From the NCBI GenBank assembly GCA_016929445.1, contig JAFGIU010000011.1, positions 43,068 through 107,067 of the forward strand: a stretch of DNA of 64,000 nucleotides. The letters are read 5' to 3'. This DNA is from Candidatus Omnitrophota bacterium. GTDB lineage: Bacteria > Omnitrophota > Gorgyraeia > JAFGIU01. The first letter of the stretch is position 1; each line of letters opens with the position of its first letter. Shown here piece after piece: positions 9,913-18,408 of the stretch. Both the position numbers and the translations under genes were made by a program. The notes below the pieces were generated by a model that searched no databases, was not told the DNA's origin, and saw nothing but the letters and a program-made list of their open reading frames with translations.

Positions 9913-10005
9913 ATGGGCGACAAAGGCCAGAAGGACAAGGACAAGAAAAACAAGCAGTCCGGTGCAAAAAGGAAAAAGCAGGAAGACAAAAAGAAGAACA
10001 AATAG
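9913..10005 (+). CDS. Candidate 30-aa lysine-rich micro-protein (MGDKGQKDKDKKNKQSGAKRKKQEDKKKNK)
   Basis: Strong Shine-Dalgarno AAAGGGAGG 7 nt upstream of ATG 9913; in-frame stop TAG at 10003-10005. Lies in the intergenic gap between the two M48 genes. The track's 62-aa ORF 9863..10051 is in another frame with a GTG start and no RBS. Confidence 0.3.
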   Translation: MGDKGQKDKDKKNKQSGAKRKKQEDKKKNK

Positions 10006-10047
10006 GGAAGCGCTCAGACAACAGGGCAGCTTCCAGCCATCAAGAAA

Positions 10048-11352
10048 ATGATGAAAAGCTTCCGGATATTCCTAGCCGGCCTTATGGCCGTCAGTCTTAC
10101 TGCTTGTGCTTCCTCCAGTGCCAATCGCGTCCGGATCAGCGAAGGCCATGTGCCCACGCAATTTGCCGACGATGACGCGCGCTACCGCGAAGAATCCCTG
10201 CGCATGGTCCAGGAGCTCCAAACCCAAGGCGCGGTGTGGGACGACCCATGGTTCCAAGACGAGGGCGTTTCTTTGATCCGGCAGATAGTGCCTGAGGACT
10301 TGCAAGGCAAGCACCAGGGGATCCAGTTCCGATTGGTGAAAGCTCCCTCCGTGAACGCCTTTACTGTGTATTCGGGTGATATCTTTTTTCACACCGGACT
10401 GATTTCGCGCCTGACCCACCCGGATCAATTGGCTTTTGTGGCTGCGCATGAGATATCCCACTGGGAGAACCGGGATGTCTTGTATTTCATGAGGAGTTAC
10501 AGGAGCAAGACCGTGGCGGCGCAGATCCTGGATTTGGCTTTGGTGCCTGTGGATGCGCTGGTGACCGGCGGTTTGAGCAATTTGACCCTGAACCTGGTTT
10601 ATGGGGCTTCGGTCACGGGCTACGGCCGCGAGCAGGAATCCCGCTCCGACCAGGAGGCGCTGCTGGCGTTGGAAGACGCCGGCTATGATTTGTCGCGTTC
10701 CACAGAGACTTTCCACATTTTCATGCAAGAGCATGAAAAATACGACCAGGGCCGCCAGTCGGCGAGCTTTTTGTTAAGCCATCCTTCCAACGAGAGGCGC
10801 GTCCAGGACATCACCGCGCAGCTCGCAGAGCAGGGGATAGAGCCATCGGAGGCAATTTCCTTTGATGAGAGCTTTGTGCGGGACACGCGGCATATCCGTT
10901 TGGAAAACGCGGCTCTCAATATTGGACAGGGCCGCTCCTTTCACGCCTTGGACGATCTGCAGGTCCTCTTCCGCATCAATCCCAAAGATCCCCAGGCGCT
11001 GTATCAGCGCGGTGAGGCTTATCGCGTGGCGGCCAACAACTTTAAACGGGCCAAGGGGGAGCTGTCCAAGAAGCATTGGAAGGAGTTGTTCGAGGGCCGC
11101 GCGGAAGAAGAAATTGTGAACGAATGGCGCCGGTCGGCAAGGGCCGCCTTTGAGGAGTCCATTGACGGAGCACCTTTTTATGCAGAGCCGCACAAAGGTC
11201 TGGGCCTGCTCCTGGCGGACCAGGCATCGGGCGAACCCGAGGCACGGCTGGCCAAAGAAGAGCTTCAGAAATATTTGGACATGATGCCTGATGCGCGGGA
11301 CCGCCGCTTTGTGGCCAGCAGGATCAGAACCCTGGAGGAGACGGATGAATAA
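10048..11352 (+). CDS. M48-family metallopeptidase lipoprotein with C-terminal TPR-like helical region (BepA-like architecture)
   Basis: Lipobox LTACASS in MMKSFRIFLAGLMAVSLTACASS. HExxH in FVAAHEISHWENRD. The C-terminal ~150 aa are helical and TPR-like (ALYQRGEAYRVAANNFKRA...). Confidence 0.75.
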   Translation: MMKSFRIFLAGLMAVSLTACASSSANRVRISEGHVPTQFADDDARYREESLRMVQELQTQGAVWDDPWFQDEGVSLIRQIVPEDLQGKHQGIQFRLVKAPSVNAFTVYSGDIFFHTGLISRLTHPDQLAFVAAHEISHWENRDVLYFMRSYRSKTVAAQILDLALVPVDALVTGGLSNLTLNLVYGASVTGYGREQESRSDQEALLALEDAGYDLSRSTETFHIFMQEHEKYDQGRQSASFLLSHPSNERRVQDITAQLAEQGIEPSEAISFDESFVRDTRHIRLENAALNIGQGRSFHALDDLQVLFRINPKDPQALYQRGEAYRVAANNFKRAKGELSKKHWKELFEGRAEEEIVNEWRRSARAAFEESIDGAPFYAEPHKGLGLLLADQASGEPEARLAKEELQKYLDMMPDARDRRFVASRIRTLEETDE

Positions 11353-12172
11353 AATAAGAAATCACGCTTTGGCGCTGGTGGGTTTGATTGCTTTGGGAAC
11401 AATGCTTTCGGGATGCGGTATGAAATGGGTTCACCCTGACTTTGAAGCCCGAAGCGCGCAAATCAGCCGTGTGGCCGTGGTGCCAATGGAGATTGATGTC
11501 TACAAATTGACCTTTGGCGGCGAGCATGAACCCATGCCCGAAGAGATCGCGCAGCTCACCGAAAACAGCATCGAGACCCTGGAACAGACCTTTTCCGATA
11601 AAGGCTATGAGATCAAGAAGCTGGACTTGAGCGATGCGGCGCTGCTCGCGGATCCGGAACTCCGGGATGCCTACCACAAACTCAAGGGCCAGTATTCGCA
11701 GGCTTTGAAGGACATCTCCAAGAGAACAAAGAAGAAGTTCGAGTACAAGGTCGGGCCGGAGATCAATATCCTGGCCGATGAGGCGGACACGGACGCCCTG
11801 GTGTTTGTGGCCATTGATGCCTTCAAAAAGACGGGCGGCCAGATCGCCAAAGATATGGCCAAGACTGTGCTGATTGGTGTTCTGACCGGTTCGGTCATGA
11901 TTCACAATACTTCTGCAGCCAACATGCTGGTTGGTATGATCGACGGCAATAACGGCGATATCTTGTGGCTGAACAACAATGCCACGGAGCAAGCCGTTAA
12001 TGTGTCCAACCAAGAGAAGTCCAGTAAGGTCCTGAGTCGCGTGGTCAAGAAGTATCCCAGGAGGCAGACGGGTATCTCCCCGGAAGACATCGGCACAGCC
12101 GTGGCCGGCGCAGTGGACCCTGCGGCGGAATCCGCTGCTGTGGCGAGCGCAGGACCGGTGCTTGCTCCCTGA
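11345..12172 (+). CDS. Hypothetical lipoprotein
   Basis: ATG 11345 overlaps the upstream stop (ATGAATAA). Lipobox in MNKIRNHALALVGLIALGTMLSGCG. No recognisable catalytic motif. Confidence 0.5.
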   Translation: MNKIRNHALALVGLIALGTMLSGCGMKWVHPDFEARSAQISRVAVVPMEIDVYKLTFGGEHEPMPEEIAQLTENSIETLEQTFSDKGYEIKKLDLSDAALLADPELRDAYHKLKGQYSQALKDISKRTKKKFEYKVGPEINILADEADTDALVFVAIDAFKKTGGQIAKDMAKTVLIGVLTGSVMIHNTSAANMLVGMIDGNNGDILWLNNNATEQAVNVSNQEKSSKVLSRVVKKYPRRQTGISPEDIGTAVAGAVDPAAESAAVASAGPVLAP

Positions 12173-12200
12173 TGAACGGCCCGGCGGAGACAAGGTGCGA

Positions 12201-13595
12201 ATGAGCGGGAAAAAAGCCGCGCTGAGGTTTTGCGGGGGAGCGGGCACAGTCACCGGGTCCAAGTACCACATCCAGTATGACGGGGTGCAGGTATTGTTGG
12301 ATGCGGGCATGTTTCAAGGGTTGAAGGAACTGCGTTTGCGCAATTGGAGCGAGCCTCCTTTTGACCCCGCACAAATCCACGCCGTGATTTTGAGTCACGC
12401 GCACATTGACCATTCAGGCTATCTCCCGGTACTCGTGAGAAAGGGTTTCCGCGGGCCCATCTATTGCACGGCCGGAACCCAGGCCCTTCTGGAGGTCCTT
12501 CTTCCGGACGCGGCCTATCTGCAGCAGGAAGAAGCAAATTACGCCAACAAAGCCGGCTTTTCGCAGCACAAGCCCGCCCTGCCTCTTTTTAGTGCCGAGG
12601 ACGCGGACAAGACGCTCCGGCAGCTCAGGGTCTTTCCCTATGGCGAGGAATTTGAAGCGGCCGGCACCTTGAAGGCCAGGTTCCGGCGTGCAGGGCATAT
12701 TTTGGGATCCGCCCTGGTTGAGGCGGCCTTAGGCAAGGACGATCCTGTTTGCCTTGTGTTTTCGGGCGATTTGGGCCGCTGGAACCAGCCGGTGATCCGG
12801 GACCCGGAGTTGATTGCCGGGGCCGATGTCTTGCTTCTCGAGTCAACCTATGGGGACCGGGTGCACCCGCCCGATCCATTGCCTGATCTGGCCAGAGTCA
12901 TCCGTGAGACAGCAGAAAGACGCGGTGTGCTGATTATCCCCGCGTTTGCGGTGGGGAGAACGCAAGAGCTGATCTGGATGATCCGGGACCTCGAGCAGCA
13001 GAACAAAATCCCCGTGCTTCCTATATATGCCGATAGCCCGATGGCAATCAATGTGACGGACATCTATTGCCGCATCCATGAGGATCACGACCTGAAAATG
13101 GAGGAGCTCTCAAAGACGGAGTCCTGTCCGCTGCACACGCAGAAATTCAGTTACGTGAGGGATGTGGAGGAAGTCAAGAAGCTTCATGGAAAAGACGGGC
13201 CCATGGTGATTATTTCCGCCAGCGGCATGGCCACGGGCGGCAGGGTCTTGCATCATTTAAAGAACCGGCTGCCTGATCCCATGAACACGGTGCTTTTTAC
13301 CGGGTACCAGGCCGAGGGCACGCGCGGCCGGTCCTTGCAGGAGGGAGCGGGGACGGTCAAGATTCACGGGCAGCAGGTGCCGGTCCGCGCAAGAATCGAG
13401 ACTGTGGACGGGCTTTCGGCGCACGCGGACCAGAAAGAGATTTTGAGGTGGCTCAGCGGCTTTAAGGCGCCGCCCCGGGAAACCTACCTGGTCCACGGTG
13501 AAAAACGAGCCTCGGAACGTCTGGCGCAGGTCATCAGGCATGAACTGGGGTGGAAGGTACAGGCTGCCCGGGACGGAGAGACGGTGCTTCTGTGA
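12201..13595 (+). CDS. MBL-fold metallo-hydrolase of the beta-CASP RNA-metabolising family (RNase J / CPSF-like)
   Basis: HxHxDH motif in AVILSHAHIDHSGYLP. Downstream beta-CASP motifs: D in FSGDLGRW, and H in the GLSAHAD region. About 465 aa, consistent with MBL + beta-CASP + RMMBL architecture. Confidence 0.75.
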   Translation: MSGKKAALRFCGGAGTVTGSKYHIQYDGVQVLLDAGMFQGLKELRLRNWSEPPFDPAQIHAVILSHAHIDHSGYLPVLVRKGFRGPIYCTAGTQALLEVLLPDAAYLQQEEANYANKAGFSQHKPALPLFSAEDADKTLRQLRVFPYGEEFEAAGTLKARFRRAGHILGSALVEAALGKDDPVCLVFSGDLGRWNQPVIRDPELIAGADVLLLESTYGDRVHPPDPLPDLARVIRETAERRGVLIIPAFAVGRTQELIWMIRDLEQQNKIPVLPIYADSPMAINVTDIYCRIHEDHDLKMEELSKTESCPLHTQKFSYVRDVEEVKKLHGKDGPMVIISASGMATGGRVLHHLKNRLPDPMNTVLFTGYQAEGTRGRSLQEGAGTVKIHGQQVPVRARIETVDGLSAHADQKEILRWLSGFKAPPRETYLVHGEKRASERLAQVIRHELGWKVQAARDGETVLL

Positions 13596-13667
13596 CGCGC
13601 CGCAATATTTTTGTAGACAAGCATATGCCTATATGATTATATCTCTCCAGTGAGGGAGATTTTTTTC

Positions 13668-13994
13668 ATGAAGATCCAAGAAGTCAGAGACGTGATCAAG
13701 GCCCTGGGAGACGACAGCCGCCTGCGGATTCTGGCCTCTCTCTCCTGCGAGGAAATGCCGGTGAATTCCCTGGCGAGTATGTTGCGGCTTTCTCAGCCGA
13801 ACGTGTCCAGGCATCTGGCCCGTATGCGTTTGCTGGGTTTGGTGGAGGACCGCCGGGAGGGCCAGGTTGTTTACTACCGGATCAGCCAGGCCCAGCCGGG
13901 GTGGGTCCAATCACTTTTGACTAAGGTGTGTGAGCTTTTGGAGGCCACTGACGAAGTGGCGCTGGATACGTGCAAATTACGGCCTCTTGTTTAG
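13668..13994 (+). CDS. ArsR/SmtB-family transcriptional regulator
   Basis: RBS GAGGGAG 9 nt before ATG 13668. HTH region ALGDDSRLRILASLSCEEMPVNSLASMLRLSQPNVSRHLARMRLLGLVEDRREGQVVYYRI. Confidence 0.8.
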   Translation: MKIQEVRDVIKALGDDSRLRILASLSCEEMPVNSLASMLRLSQPNVSRHLARMRLLGLVEDRREGQVVYYRISQAQPGWVQSLLTKVCELLEATDEVALDTCKLRPLV

Positions 13995-14046
13995 GAAAGC
14001 AAACGCTTTGCCAGAACGGGAGCCGTTATCCGGAGGCATGACCGGG

Positions 14047-14424
14047 ATGAGCCAGACAAAGTGGGTTACAGCGGGATTTATATTATTGTCTTTTTGTTTG
14101 TTGATGGCCTGTCCCGGATTTGCGGACGGGGAATGGGACTACGCTTACGGCGTTGTGAAGAGTATTAACGGCAACCAAATTACCCTGAGCGAATACGATA
14201 CGATCACCCAGGAGGAAAGCGAGACGGTCTACGAGTTGAGTACAGCTCTTGTGGTGGAAGGGGACATTCCCCTGGATCAGCTGCAACCGGGGGATGAGGT
14301 GGACCTCGAGTTCGAAAATACCGAGGGTGTCTATATTGCGAAGTCCCTCTCCGCCTGGCGTGTTCCGGTCGAAGAGAATTATGAAATCGAAGACGAGACC
14401 GCAATCTCGTCAGGCATGGACTGA
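14047..14424 (+). CDS. Small secreted acidic hypothetical protein
   Basis: Signal peptide MSQTKWVTAGFILLSFCLLMACPGFADG. Acidic C-terminus (EENYEIEDETAISSGMD). An alternative ATG lies at 14038. Confidence 0.45.
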   Translation: MSQTKWVTAGFILLSFCLLMACPGFADGEWDYAYGVVKSINGNQITLSEYDTITQEESETVYELSTALVVEGDIPLDQLQPGDEVDLEFENTEGVYIAKSLSAWRVPVEENYEIEDETAISSGMD

Positions 14425-14427
14425 AGC

Positions 14428-15744
14428 ATGAAAGATGCACATGTCCTCGTAATTCATTCGGGCTCTTCAAAAAAACGCTTTATCCTGGAAACTGCCCAGA
14501 TGCGGGGCATTCGAGTCACGCTTCTGAACCCCCAACAGAATTGGGCTTCTGAAATCGTTCACAAACTCCATGTTTGCCGTCCGCGAACGGTTCGGGGTTT
14601 GGAGGACCGTGTCCGCAGCATTCATGCGAAAGACCCGGTGGATGGTGTGCTCACCTTTTGGGAAGAAGACGTCCCCACTGTGGCTCTATGTGCCCAGAGG
14701 CTGGGGCTGCGCGGCCTAAGTCCGGATTCGGCTTGGGCCAGCCGGAGCAAATTGGTCATGCGCCGGCGTATGGCCCAGATGGGGCTGCCTGTGCCCGCCT
14801 TTCAAGAAGTTGAAACCTGGGAAGACGCGGCCCAATTTGTGCGCGAACACGGCGCTCCGGCCGTTCTCAAGCCCGAGTTCGGCGCGGACAGCGAATGTGT
14901 GGTGAAAGTCGAAGACGAGTCCCAAGCACAGTGGGTTTTTGACTCTGTTCTGGGCCGGGCCAGAATCCAGAGTGCGGTATACCCCTACCAAAGACAGAAA
15001 TTCCTGATCGAATCGTATATTGCCGGTCCTGAAGTCAGCGTAGAGGGAGTTGTGCAAGGCGGGACGCCGGTCTTCTACGCAGTGATCGACAAGTCGCCGA
15101 TGACGGAGCCGTTTTTCATTGAAAGAGGAGAGGTCACTCCTTCACGTTTGCCAAAGACGGCACAGGCTGGAATTCTCGAGATGGTGGGATCGGCCGTGCG
15201 CGCGCTGGGATTGCGGGATTGCGGTCTGCATGCGGAAGTCAAACTGTCGGCCCAGGGTCCGCAAATTGTGGAGATCGGCGCGCGGATGGGCGGAGACTGT
15301 ATTCACGGGTTGGTTAAAGCAGTTTACGGGGTGGATCTTGTGGAGGAAAACTTCAAGGTCTGTCTAGGGGCAATAGCCACTCCCACCCAGCCGGCCCGTT
15401 GTGTCGCGGTTTCCGAGACTCTTGTGCCTGAGCAAAGCGGAAGGGTTGTCTCCGTGCCGGACCTGAACCAGTGGTCCGGACATGACGAACTGATCGAAGT
15501 GGTTCTCACCGCAAAGTCCAAGAGTATGGTCAGAATTCCTCCTTTGGGGTACGACAACCTTGCGTGGGTAAGTGTCAAGGGCCGCAGCTACCGCGAAGCC
15601 AATCAGGCATTGTCGCGCTGGGTTCAAGTTCTTCAAGAGTCGATTCAAATTGAAACGGTTCACCGGCAGCGGGTTTGCGCCCAGCACAAAGCGAAACACC
15701 TGCCGCACTCAACCGTGCCTACGCTGGCTCATGCTGCCTGCTGA
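14428..15744 (+). CDS. ATP-grasp enzyme, L-amino-acid-ligase-like (paralog 1 of 3)
   Basis: 438 aa. N-terminal pre-ATP-grasp domain, central A-domain (PAVLKPEFGADSECVVKVEDE), ESYIAGPEVSVEGVV, and C-terminal RMGGD loop. The layout matches Lal/BacD/PGM1-like ligases. Confidence 0.7.
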   Translation: MKDAHVLVIHSGSSKKRFILETAQMRGIRVTLLNPQQNWASEIVHKLHVCRPRTVRGLEDRVRSIHAKDPVDGVLTFWEEDVPTVALCAQRLGLRGLSPDSAWASRSKLVMRRRMAQMGLPVPAFQEVETWEDAAQFVREHGAPAVLKPEFGADSECVVKVEDESQAQWVFDSVLGRARIQSAVYPYQRQKFLIESYIAGPEVSVEGVVQGGTPVFYAVIDKSPMTEPFFIERGEVTPSRLPKTAQAGILEMVGSAVRALGLRDCGLHAEVKLSAQGPQIVEIGARMGGDCIHGLVKAVYGVDLVEENFKVCLGAIATPTQPARCVAVSETLVPEQSGRVVSVPDLNQWSGHDELIEVVLTAKSKSMVRIPPLGYDNLAWVSVKGRSYREANQALSRWVQVLQESIQIETVHRQRVCAQHKAKHLPHSTVPTLAHAAC

Positions 15745-17095
15745 TCCGGCTTCGGTGCATCTGTTGGTGGTGCACACCCACGCAGATCCGCGCAGCTACC
15801 TGCCCGCGCTTCAAGCCCAAGGGTATCGGTTCACCCTGCTCAAGAAAAATCCTTCCAAGGAGGATTGGGAGTGCTTTGACCGGGTTATCCGGATAGACTT
15901 CCAGGATTCCTGGGAGGAGGTCTTGAGTCAAGCCGGGAAGCTGCACAGCCAGGATCCGCTTTCCGGGACTCTAAGCTTTTCGGAAAGCGGCGTGCTGGTG
16001 GCAAGTCTCCTGGCAGCGGCTCTCGGTCTGGGGGGAAATGACCCTCATGCGGTCTTGTGCACCCGGAACAAGTACTTGATGCGAAAGACTCTTGAGAGCG
16101 CCGGACTGCGAATGCCCCCCTACCGATTGGTTTCTTCCGCCAAAGCGATATTCGAGGCCTTGCGCGGGCACGGCCAACCCATGGTGCTTAAGCCCATCAG
16201 CGGGTCCTCCAGCTATGGAGTGGTGCGGCTCAATCCGGATATCACGCTTCAAGAGGCCACGGAAGTATGGGAGGAAGTCAGTTCCTATATTCGGACTTAT
16301 CCTGCTAAGTATGCGGAATACCCGTATGAATTTTGGCTGCCCCCCCGCCTGGAGGGTTTGCTCGAATGGGAGGCCATGGATCCGGCAGAGCATCTCATGC
16401 TTGAGGGCTTTGTGGAGGGTGCCCAGGTGAGTGTGGACGGATTTGTGGTGGACCAGGACGTAAAGATTTTCGCAGTGGTGGATGTGGAAAGACAAGCCCA
16501 CGAGAAATGGTTTTTGGAATACCAGGAGTGGACGCCCAGCCGTCTGCCCCGGCCGGTTCAAGATCAAATTCTCCAATGCGTCGAGAATACAGTGCGCAGC
16601 TTGGGTTTGACCCGGTCCATGTTTCATTGCGAGCTCAAGGTGGATTCTCAAGGACCTGTGGTTCTTGAAATTGCGGGCAGGCAAGGGGCCGACAATATTT
16701 CGCGGTTCATTTCGCATACGTGCGGCATCAATCCGTACTTAATCGGGGCGGAGCTGGCTCAAGGACTGAAACCCCAAAATCAGATCAGGCCCCGGGGCGC
16801 CATGAAAATGCGGTATTTCCTGCCCGAACAGACAGGGGTGCTGCGCGGCATTAGCGGACAGAAAAAAGTCTCGGAACACCCCAATGTGGACGAGTTGTAT
16901 TTTGAATTCAATACCGGAGAAAAAATCCAAAGTCCTCCGGAGAGCTATGAGTTTTTGGGATATATTTCCGTGAAGGGGGATTCGGCCGAACAGGTGGACC
17001 GGGTTTTGGACGAGTTGTACCCCCAAATTCAGTTTCAGGTCGAAGCCGAAGAGCCTGTCGAGGCCCTCAGCAATTCAAGAACAATCAACCCATGA
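15731..17095 (+). CDS. ATP-grasp enzyme, L-amino-acid-ligase-like (paralog 2 of 3)
   Basis: ATG 15731 overlaps the upstream gene by 14 nt. Same layout as paralog 1: PMVLKPISGSSSYGVVRLNPD, EGFVEGAQVSVDGFVV, IAGRQGAD. Confidence 0.7.
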   Translation: MLPADPASVHLLVVHTHADPRSYLPALQAQGYRFTLLKKNPSKEDWECFDRVIRIDFQDSWEEVLSQAGKLHSQDPLSGTLSFSESGVLVASLLAAALGLGGNDPHAVLCTRNKYLMRKTLESAGLRMPPYRLVSSAKAIFEALRGHGQPMVLKPISGSSSYGVVRLNPDITLQEATEVWEEVSSYIRTYPAKYAEYPYEFWLPPRLEGLLEWEAMDPAEHLMLEGFVEGAQVSVDGFVVDQDVKIFAVVDVERQAHEKWFLEYQEWTPSRLPRPVQDQILQCVENTVRSLGLTRSMFHCELKVDSQGPVVLEIAGRQGADNISRFISHTCGINPYLIGAELAQGLKPQNQIRPRGAMKMRYFLPEQTGVLRGISGQKKVSEHPNVDELYFEFNTGEKIQSPPESYEFLGYISVKGDSAEQVDRVLDELYPQIQFQVEAEEPVEALSNSRTINP

Positions 17096-18408
17096 AGCCG
17101 TTTTCGTCTGTCCGGGGGCCTGTTCTAGTTGTTCATCCCAGCCGGGACTATTTTGAAAGAGTGCTGCAAGTGGCCCCGAATGCCGTTGCTTTGGCCGGTC
17201 CCTCCCGGGCGGAGTCTTTGCCCGCTGCTTCCGTGATCCCCGCGGATCTGGAAGACGCAGACCGCTGCCTGCGTTTGATTCAAGCGTGGGAGGCGCAAAA
17301 CGGCGTCCGGATCGCGGGCATTGTGACCTTTCTGTGCGATCATCTGGCGCTTACCTCGGAATTGGCCCGGGTTCTCAAGCTTCCTTTCCACGACCAATCG
17401 ACCATTCATCGATCCCGCTATAAGCACCAGACCAAAACCTGTTGGCAGGAAGCCGGAATTTCCACGCCCCGGGGGGTGGAGGTGCGTTCCTCAAAGGAAA
17501 TGGAAACCGTATTGAGCTGTCTTCCCGCAGGCCCCTGGCTATTAAAGCCTGTTTCCGCATCGGGAAGCGAATGGGTGCGCCTTGCCTGGGAACCCGCGGA
17601 ACTGGAAGAGCAAATAGCGGCCGTTGCCGCGGGCCTGGCCCATAAAGCCCGGGATGCCGGTGATCCTGCAGGCCTGATTCTGGTGGAGGAGTATATCCGG
17701 GGCGAAGAAGGAAGCATGGACCTCTTCATTCACGGATCCACTGCAAAAATCATGCGGCTTAACCGCAAATGGATGCAGGAGCGCAAGGAGACTGCCGGAA
17801 CCGTTCTGGGTTATTGCGCTTCGAGATGGACTCCCGCTGAAGAAGAAGAACTCAGGCAGCAGGCCGCAAAGGCGCTGCAGGCCTTGGGAGTCCGAAGAGG
17901 TTTGTGCATGCTGGACTTTATTGATTCCGGAGCCAAGGATGGCCGGACTCCGGACCGGTTTTGCTTTCTGGAAGCCGGCTTGCGTCCCGGAGGAGATTGC
18001 CTGCCCGAATGGTCCCGGTATGCCGGGGGATATGACCCGGTCCGGGCCGCAGTCCTGGTGAGCCTGGGGTGTCCGGTAGAGCTGGAGCCTGTTTCCACAA
18101 GGCACAACCGGGAGATCGTGGCTTTTCATCTGATGGCGCCGCATGCCGGCGAATTAACGCAGGCCCGCTGGGAGAGCCTTCTCGATCATCCGGCGGTTCT
18201 TTCGGTGGAACCCTATTTTTCTCAAGGGGATGTGTTGCGGACCGAAAGCGGGGGATATCAGGACTTGCTTTTAGGCGCGGTCGTGGCCCGGCTCGAACCC
18301 GGAATGTCTCTTCGGAAGTTTTACAGGCAGCTCTATGAAGCGGGGGAATTTGCCATTGTCTCTTCGCGGACTTTCCCGCTTGCCCATGCCCAAAGGAGCG
18401 CGGTATGA
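17092..18408 (+). CDS. ATP-grasp enzyme, L-amino-acid-ligase-like (paralog 3 of 3)
   Basis: ATGA overlap with the upstream gene. PWLLKPVSASGSEWVRLAWEP, LVEEYIRGEEGSMDLF, GLRPGGDC. Confidence 0.65.
   Translation: MKPFSSVRGPVLVVHPSRDYFERVLQVAPNAVALAGPSRAESLPAASVIPADLEDADRCLRLIQAWEAQNGVRIAGIVTFLCDHLALTSELARVLKLPFHDQSTIHRSRYKHQTKTCWQEAGISTPRGVEVRSSKEMETVLSCLPAGPWLLKPVSASGSEWVRLAWEPAELEEQIAAVAAGLAHKARDAGDPAGLILVEEYIRGEEGSMDLFIHGSTAKIMRLNRKWMQERKETAGTVLGYCASRWTPAEEEELRQQAAKALQALGVRRGLCMLDFIDSGAKDGRTPDRFCFLEAGLRPGGDCLPEWSRYAGGYDPVRAAVLVSLGCPVELEPVSTRHNREIVAFHLMAPHAGELTQARWESLLDHPAVLSVEPYFSQGDVLRTESGGYQDLLLGAVVARLEPGMSLRKFYRQLYEAGEFAIVSSRTFPLAHAQRSAV

Noticed and set aside
9863-10051. 62-aa arginine-rich ORF from the track (GTG start)
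   Set aside because: It has no RBS and a GTG start. It runs into the next gene's start region. The alternative 30-aa frame at 9913..10005 has a canonical SD. It is kept only as the less likely alternative.
11324-12310. 328-aa minus-strand ORF across the lipoprotein/MBL gene junction
   Set aside because: It is antisense to two + strand genes with lipobox and HxHxDH motifs. No features of its own.
13596-13667. AT-rich region upstream of arsR, as promoter/operator (TAGACA ... 17 nt ... TTATAT)
   Set aside because: The hexamer matches are weak and no clear ArsR-type palindrome was found. Left uncalled.
14047-14424. Small ORF upstream of the ATP-grasp operon as a graspetide/RiPP precursor peptide
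   Set aside because: It carries a classical Sec signal peptide and is 126 aa. The ATP-grasp enzymes are of the 440-510-aa L-amino-acid-ligase type rather than the ~320-aa graspetide cyclase type.
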